Source of the DNA: Eledone cirrhosa
Lineage: Eukaryota
Assembly: GCA_964016885.1 (NCBI GenBank)
Contig: OZ024741.1
Location: 100,130,001 to 100,194,000, forward strand
Direction of reading: 5' to 3'
Length of the DNA stretch: 64,000 bases
The notes beneath the pieces were generated by a model that worked only from the letters and a program-made list of their open reading frames with translations, did not search any database and was not told the origin of the DNA. The position numbers were made by a program, and so were the translations under genes. Shown here in pieces: positions 56,611-64,000 of the stretch (position 1 is its first letter; the number at the start of each line of letters is the position of its first letter).

Positions 56611-57784
56611 ACTTATGTATATATATATATATGATTATATATATATGATTATATATATATTTATATATGTATGTTTGTGTATGCGTGTGTGTGTGTGTGG
56701 GTTTATGTACGCACTTGTCTCTATATGTGTATTCTTGTATGGGTCAGTGCATCAGCATTTGATTGGTTTTAGGCATGTGTGTTAGTTAACATGTAGTTTA
56801 TGGGAACAATGCTGTGACATCTCATTATTCACGATAATGTCATTAATTCCTTAATTCCAAATGAAATGTAACCAACTCATTTTATTTGAAAGTTCCAACG
56901 ATCAAAATGACAAACTCATGATGGATTTAATAGTCACAAATATATCAGAGTCGTTAGGCCAATTCATATGGTCTAGATCTTCACTTATTAACTCATCTAT
57001 CATACATGATAATATTACTGAAATAGTTACTCTTACGCCTGTTTTGAATTGTTATTGTTTTTAAAGTTATTCACTATCCTAGATTAGTTCTGTATGTATT
57101 CGAATGTGTGATCCTGTCTCATCATGGCATTTGTGGTATAATTTTGAGTTAAAATTTAAGACCTCTATTTAGAAATAGTAATATATAATTACAGAAGCAG
57201 TGAAGCAGAATTCACTATGAAAAAAGTAATTATCGTAATATAATGTAGTTTGCCAGAAGATTGCTTTTAACTTACGAAGTTATCTTTAATAATTGCTGGT
57301 CTTGAGGTTGTTAGAGACGCTGCTCTGCAGGCCTCTGTTGAAGAAGTTCTATGTCAGGCAAGTAGTCGTCCGAACAATTAGATAGTCACCCGCAATCCAC
57401 CCATACTAGCATGCCTCTGCCATATAGGTTGCTGCATAAGAGTTTGCACATATTGTATTCTTTTGAGTATCCGATGTCTTTCTGTTTTCACTTAAATTGT
57501 GGTGGTAATACTTGTTCTTCGCCAATTATTGTAAGTGGTATGCATCCAACCAAAGTACATAGTGATAGTAATGTTATTTATGTCGCAGTCATGTCTATAT
57601 GCTAGATTACTCTGTCTGAAAGAGAGCGGGATTTAATGATTTTGTAGAAATAATCTCGGGTGATGTATATGCCTTGGTGTGTGGAAGTTATTGTTCGTGT
57701 AGAGACAAAGCCAACTGAGGCTAAAGCTTATTGTACATGTCTAGTTGTCTTCCTTTTAAGTATTTTTTGTCTCATTATTCATGC

Positions 57785-57930
57785 TTTCCAGCATAGTTAC
57801 GTCCCTTTACGATCTGAGTTCAAATCCCGCCGAGGTTGACTTTGCCTTTCATACTTACAGGATCGATAAAATAAAGTACCAGTAATGCACTGGGTAATTG
57901 CTGGCCTTGTGCCTAAAGTAGAAACAATTA
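57785..57930 (+). mobile_element. 5'-truncated SINE copy
   Basis: Same core as 54531-54715. Confidence 0.85.
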
Positions 57931-58274
57931 TTATAGATGGTCTCTAATAAATAAACCATTATTATAGATGGTCTAATGACATGGTCAGTCTACACATTCT
58001 GTCATATATAGGGAGTTTGTAACGTTTTTATTGTCATTATTTCTTTTCTGAATTCTGGTCTTGTGCCTAACGTAGAAATGATTATTTCTTTTCTGAATTT
58101 TGCGAAGGACCTCTCTGTTATTTCTGGTGCATTTATATTGTGTATGTAAGAGTGTGTTTGCGTTTGTTGTGTGTGTGTGTTTGGTGGGGGGGGGGTATAT
58201 GCGTATGTGTGGAGGGGGGGTGTATGTCCGTGTGTGTGTTTTGTTGATGAGTATGTAGTTTCATTGTATTGAGA

Positions 58275-58700
58275 TGTACGACTGCGTTGCACGCTACGCG
58301 CCCGCCGTCTACATCGGACAAATGGGCTGTTGACTAACATCTCCGTGATATCCGGCTCGGCAACCAATCTGCAGCTGCCCGATATTTCCGCTCCACCAGA
58401 CACTCCGCTTACAACCTCACTGTATTCGGTCTCGCAGCCTGCTGTGAAGTCCATGAAGTACGAGCAACGGTCTCTCCGAAGTCTCCATTTCCTGAAGAAG
58501 GACTTCCTTCCGAAGAACCGAAACCTCATGAAATCCCTACTAAGCGTGATCCTCATAAGACTGTGTTTCTGTTATTTCTTCTACTATTTTTCCACGCTTA
58601 CGCGGCCCACCTGCTATTCAGAAGTGCATAATTACCAGGAGCCTGTGAACTCTTCTCCCGTTACTATGGATCAACCTGTATTCTGACTGCCGGACATTTA
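58275..58700 (+). mobile_element. Decayed PLE GIY-YIG fragment with hammerhead-like motif at about 58487-58533
   Basis: PAVYIGQ, then HLRDIRLGNQSAAARYFRSTRHSAYNLTVFGL. TTTC-CTGAAGA-AGGAC...CC-GAAACCTC-ATGAAA follows. Confidence 0.65.
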
Positions 58701-58703
58701 AGC

Positions 58704-58856
<153 letters not shown>

Positions 58857-58934
58857 ATATTATATATATATGTATATACATAATATATATATAATGTATA
58901 TATATGTGTGTTTGTGTGTATTTATGCATATATA

Positions 58935-59506
58935 TATTGTTATACTTGGGGAGGGTTATATTTGTGTAATATGGCCAGAATTAAGAACAGAACACACTCA
59001 CTGTTTGGTTGGTTCTCGCTTTTCACTTCCGTGTCTTTTATATCGGTAATCTAATTTATTCGGTCCTCAATGTTGCCATTGACTGACCAATGGTCAAAAA
59101 TACAGATACAATATAGACACAAACACATATATATAGTTTATCAAACTTCTTTCGTTGCACATCTGCAACATCGTCAAAAGATGGCGTAGAAAATACAATG
59201 CAACGGGAGGAAACAATAGCACTACTGACGATGTTGCAGATGTGCAACGAAAGAACTTTGATAAACTATATATATGTGTTTGTGTCTATATTGTATCTGT
59301 ATTTTTGATCGTTGGTCAGTCAATGGCAACATTGTGGACCGAATTAATTAGATTGCCGATATAAAAGACACAGAAGCGAAAAGCGAAAACCAACCAAACA
59401 GTGAGTGTGTTCTGTTATTAATTCTCGCAATATTACACAAATATAACCCTCCCCAAGTATAACAATATTTGTTTCGACACACGATTTCATATAAAAAACC
59501 TCGCAA

Positions 59507-59510
<4 letters not shown>
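58935..59510. mobile_element. Fold-back PLE-end insertion (family D): arms 58935-59176 / 59226-59467, right-only tail 59468-59510
   Basis: Mirror ORFs 59056-59247(-) and 59155-59364(+). CTGACGA-TGTTGCA-GATG-TGCAAC-GAAA at 59225-59252. Confidence 0.85.
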
Positions 59511-59542
<32 letters not shown>

Positions 59543-59544
<2 letters not shown>

Positions 59545-59986
59545 AAAGTTATATTTAAATTGTTGGGTTACAACTAGTAAATATTTATAACTGATATAAA
59601 AGCACTCGACAAGTTTTTGGAGTATATTTACAATATTAAATAAATGGAAACTATATTTATAAAACCATATTTATTTCATTATATATATTTCAGGGATATC
59701 ATATTAACAATATGCTATGCCTTCCTCAGACAAAATACTATATAAACAGTTTTATAGATAAATAGATTTGACATACCGTAACAACATCGACTTGTATTTG
59801 AAAAGTTGATTTGGCATTTTCAAATACAAGTCGATGTTGTTACGGTATGTCAAATCTATTTATCTATAAAACTGTTTATATTGTATTTTGTCTGAGGAAG
59901 GCATAGCATATTGTTAATATGATATCCCTGAAATATATATAATGAAATAAATATGGTTTTATAAATATAGTTTCCATTTATTTAAT

Positions 59987-59992
<6 letters not shown>
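59543..59992. mobile_element. Fold-back PLE-end insertion (family C): arms 59629-59804 / 59817-59992, left-only tail 59543-59628; hammerheads at 59674-59735(-) and 59886-59947(+)
   Basis: Near-perfect 176-bp arms with a 12-nt loop. TTTTGT-CTGAGGA-AGGCATAGCATATTGTTAATATGATATCCCT-GAAA-TATATA-TA-ATGAAA. Confidence 0.88.
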
Positions 59993-60059
<67 letters not shown>

Positions 60060-62217
60060 TTATATATACTCACATATATATATATATATGTGTGTGTGTC
60101 TGCACGCATATGTATGAGTGTGTTTGTGTGAGTGTATGTGTGTGTGTATGACCGAGTGTATGTTTGTGCGAATGTGTGTATGTGTTTGTGAGTGAGTGTT
60201 TGCATGTCGGCTATCAAATGTGACATGGGTATAATGTGAGAGAAAAAGAGAGTGAATATGTAAAAGTGATAGAATTGATAGATTTATAGATAGATACATT
60301 CTATGTAGGAACTGACTAGTGAGAGAGAGATTTTTTGTGTCTCTGTACCCATATTCAGAATACACTGCTTCTCTACTTATTTTAGTTTATAAGTCAAATC
60401 CTGTGACATAGATTATAGAACGGATTAGCGCCTGGCTCTAGAATTGCCATGGTCAAAATGTCAAACTCAACTAATCTTTTCTCAGTCCTGCTGTATTTAA
60501 AAAGCATTTCATACACAACTAATATAGAATGTTAGTTTTTATTTCTAGCTTAGACTATTCTTGGAATTAAGTGAAATATTCATTGTGATAATAAATCCAT
60601 ACTATTTTGATTATAAAAATATTTCCTTCTTAATATGCTTATCTTTATTTACTGAAATGAGTTATTGGAAATTAAGCTCGGACCAACATTTTATAAATAT
60701 GACTGTCTCTATTATATGTACTTGTAAGTTCATGATTTGGGAATAGAAATAAGAGATGTTAGTTGAAAATATGCTAAAAGTTATTGATAATTGTTGACGT
60801 CTATTTGTGTGTATTATTGTAAATCAATATAATGATTATTTTTATCTGGCAAGTACGGAAAAGTCTATAATTCGCTGCTGAATTTCTAATAAGATCAAAG
60901 TACATCCGGAATTGTCGTTCTGACATGTCAAGATTATATTTTTATAATATTAATCATTTAGCAAATGTTTTCTCTTACAATACGAATATTAGGAATTAAT
61001 CCAGAAAAAAAAACAACCTAATATGAATTTAATGTATATTTAATTAATTTACAAATCTTGATGTGAAAACTTAAACAATTTTGAAATAGTCTGTTATTTT
61101 TCTTGCTTTCACACTTGTTTACCTTTACACTGTTAGGCTTATAAAATGCCGTTATAGCTACATTAATTTTATCTCAGAGTTCATATTGTTTGTGGTTGTA
61201 TGAATATTTACTTTTTAGTTAATAAGGAACTTTTCATTAGAAAATTATCTACAGCAGCACTAAAATGTTTGGACATGTATTGAGAGAATAACGTTGCAGC
61301 TTTTGAATATGATGTCATCTTTTGAAGATAACCTGGTTCACTGAGAAAATAAAATAACTAGTAAATACCAGAATTGTTATTATGTTTTGGTTTTCTTATT
61401 TATGTACACCTCGATAGTATCCGTCTTCTGTCATTCATAAGTGAGAAATATCAGCTTGATATATATTTTTAAATATCTCTTAATGCACCACAATGTTAAT
61501 TATAAGCATGTGTTGACTTGTTCGAAGTCAATTAAGTTTTGGCTCACAAAGTTTCTTAGGGAGCCTACTATATTTTCTACGTTCGTAGATTTAATACGTT
61601 AAGAAATAAAACCGCTCCAAATTTAACTAGGCGTTGCAAGGTCAATGCGTACAATTTATAGTGTTAACGTCGAATTAAAGGTGCCTGAGATAGACCCACT
61701 ACGTTGACGGTCCAATAGCTAGAAACACCATATTTCACATGGGAGCAATGGTTCATTAATGAACTTTATATTGTGTTTCAGTAAGAAAATGTGATAGTCA
61801 TCGCTGGAAAAAATTTGATTAAATGTCTATTCAATAAGGTCAGAACTTGGGGTAGACAAAAACAAATACAAAGAGCTATTAGCTAAAAGTGACGCAACAT
61901 AATTGTTACAGAACTAACTGTCTAACCTCATTCACGTCAGACACATGCACCATATAAAAAAGTACTTAGATATAAAAAAAGAGACAAGTTGGATATTAAT
62001 CTTTTAGATACAATATATTTTTGAAAATAGATGAAGTGAGTATGACAGGTACGTATTCGATCGACAGGATTACGGTCGTCTTCGGACTAATCAACAACTC
62101 CCAGGCAAAAACACATGATACCTTATGGATCGTTTGACCTAATAGAAATCACACCCTTACTCATGTGTCTGCAGTGTCACTATCACCTCCGCCTCTTTCT
62201 CTCTCTCTCCATTTCTT

Positions 62218-62337
<120 letters not shown>

Positions 62338-62349
62338 CATATATATATA

Positions 62350-63135
62350 TACGTTTGTATTTGTAAAGCCAAAACAATGCAGGTATGGATATTGAATATA
62401 AATGCAAATGAAAAAGATATTGTTGACAATTAGTCTTTTAAATTTATTTAAATATCCTTAATTTTCGAGATAATATCTCTTCTTCGTTGGGAAGTAAAGT
62501 GGTTAAACGAGCGTTCTAAATACCTTGCCAAGTCATGCTGACAGGAAATGGTATAGCGAATATGTTCTATCTCTAATGTCAAATAGTGAAGGTTAGGTGG
62601 ATAAAGAGTAGTCTCCCTTTAAAAGGGGTTTTTGTACATGTATGGTTAAGTGTGTGGGAGAATACCTGAAGTTGTATGTGTGTGTGTGTAGGGGGTGGGG
62701 GGTGAGAATATATGCCTATACGTAAATGTAGGGGATAGATGCTCCATCGTGTTAAAACTGGTCTTTGTGTGTGTATGTGTGTGTATGAGAGAGAATAAAT
62801 GGTGTAAGCGTTTGTGTGTGTGTGTGTGCGTTTGCGCGTGTGTGAGATGGGGGAGGGAGGTGTAAGTATGGGGCTAGGTGCTCTATCAAGTTATACATTG
62901 GGTGTTGAGTTCTAATCTATTATTGATTGGTGGTTGTGTTTTGTCTATAATCAGTGCTTCCTTAGTTCTAAGATTGCCGAGGTTTCTTTCCTTAGGTTCT
63001 ATCCTAACTCTTATGTTTTTGTCGGTGTTTTTGAATTTCACTAGGTGTTTCTTAAATGAGGAAGCGTTAGTATTGAGGTGTTCTTTTATTCTTATGAGAA
63101 GTGGTCTGGTGGTGCTACCTACGTAGAAGTTGCTC

Positions 63136-63138
<3 letters not shown>
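62350..63138 (-). mobile_element. PLE 3' fragment: GIY-YIG (62886-63138) plus 3' UTR with degenerate hammerhead-like motif at about 62455-62492
   Basis: NFYVGSTTRPLLIRIKEHL...RTKEALIIDKTQPPIN. CGAAGA-A-GAGAT-ATT-ATCTC-GAAA follows. Confidence 0.78.
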
Positions 63139-63203
<65 letters not shown>

Positions 63204-63245
63204 AGAAAACGAAAAATCATTGATGAATCTGGACTTAGTTTATTT

Positions 63246-63336
63246 CGTGTTACAAATGTTTCGTCGGCATGTAACTCGAGTCATGGTCCTTGTATGGATC
63301 TGGATGATTCTACTTCTGCGGGTTCTTTCAGACACG
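63246..63336 (-). ncRNA. Hammerhead-like motif with long stem II (core has an extra A) in a PLE-type end starting at about 63203
   Basis: CGTGT-CTGAAAGA-...GCCGAC-GAAA-CATTTG-TA-ACACG. Confidence 0.55.
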
Positions 63337-63964
63337 GGTGTTATGATCGGAGCAAATTTTATCACAGGGGTGTTGTCATCGAAACAACACCCTCAAAAAA
63401 CCCTCTTTCCACTCTTATCATGGCATTGGCTGTTTTAACTCCACGTCATCACAAGTTCTGGTCAGTATCTGCTGCCACACGGTTCATCAACCATTTTCCG
63501 TCCGACACATTTCAATGGAGTCATGCTGGGTTCAGTACTTTACACGTCTGCTCACACTTCAGGGTAAGCACCCACACATACTAGAATAAACACATAATAA
63601 CACATGCATATTCAGACACATAAATATCTATGCATTCACACTCGTACGTCTACATCGCCACATACATACATCGCAGTATATACACTCACACACCCTCTCT
63701 CCCTCACTCCCATGGACCCAGTCACACACACTTGTTAATACATGCCGCCACGAGCCTTCTGACTGTTCTGTATCAATTGGGTAAGCATGGCCTATTCAAA
63801 CGTACACATATATACATACACATACGCGCACACACACATACGGCCAACCTTCTATACATTTAAATATATATATATATATATATACACACGCTCATACATA
63901 CGCATATATACATACACACATACATTCACATACATACATTCACATACATACATATACACACCTG

Positions 63965-64000
<36 letters not shown>

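Noticed and set aside
55737-57730. Weak pogo-like (HIYDGDKTG) and APE-like (VGFV, LSDRVI) traces on the minus strand
   Set aside because: Too short and decayed to support without a profile search.
58330-58686. 118-aa ORF as a host exon
   Set aside because: Another frame carries decayed PLE GIY-YIG motifs, and the ORF runs through the hammerhead-like and UTR region.

Overview
AT-rich, microsatellite-dense eukaryotic DNA. It is most likely cephalopod (Octopus-like), inferred from the SINE types and (AT)n/(CA)n/(CATA)n/(TATC)n density. I found no convincing host protein-coding gene, and most ORF-track entries are microsatellite artefacts. The window is a retroelement patchwork. (1) A young Tx1-clade LINE sits as a head-to-tail pair, including a 1100-aa APE-RT-CCHC ORF (7402-10704), with the same 17-bp sequence at both 5' junctions. 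(2) Decayed R4/Dong-type RLE LINEs are flanked by (CATA)n, and there are CRE, CR1-like and PiggyBac remnants plus tRNA-derived SINEs. (3) Penelope-like element (PLE) GIY-YIG fragments and 3' ends are numerous. The most striking pattern is about 10 fold-back (inverted-duplicated) PLE-end insertions embedded in (AT)n tracts. Many carry back-to-back type I hammerhead ribozyme motifs with palindromic stem III. In each, one arm has a 40-170 nt tail and the other lacks it, and where a family has several insertions the tail-less arm stops at nearly the same position. Other candidates are an unrecognised three-way-junction RNA motif repeated three times and a possible Sec/SECIS relic in a Naiad-like PLE. 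All calls were made by eye and boundaries are approximate.
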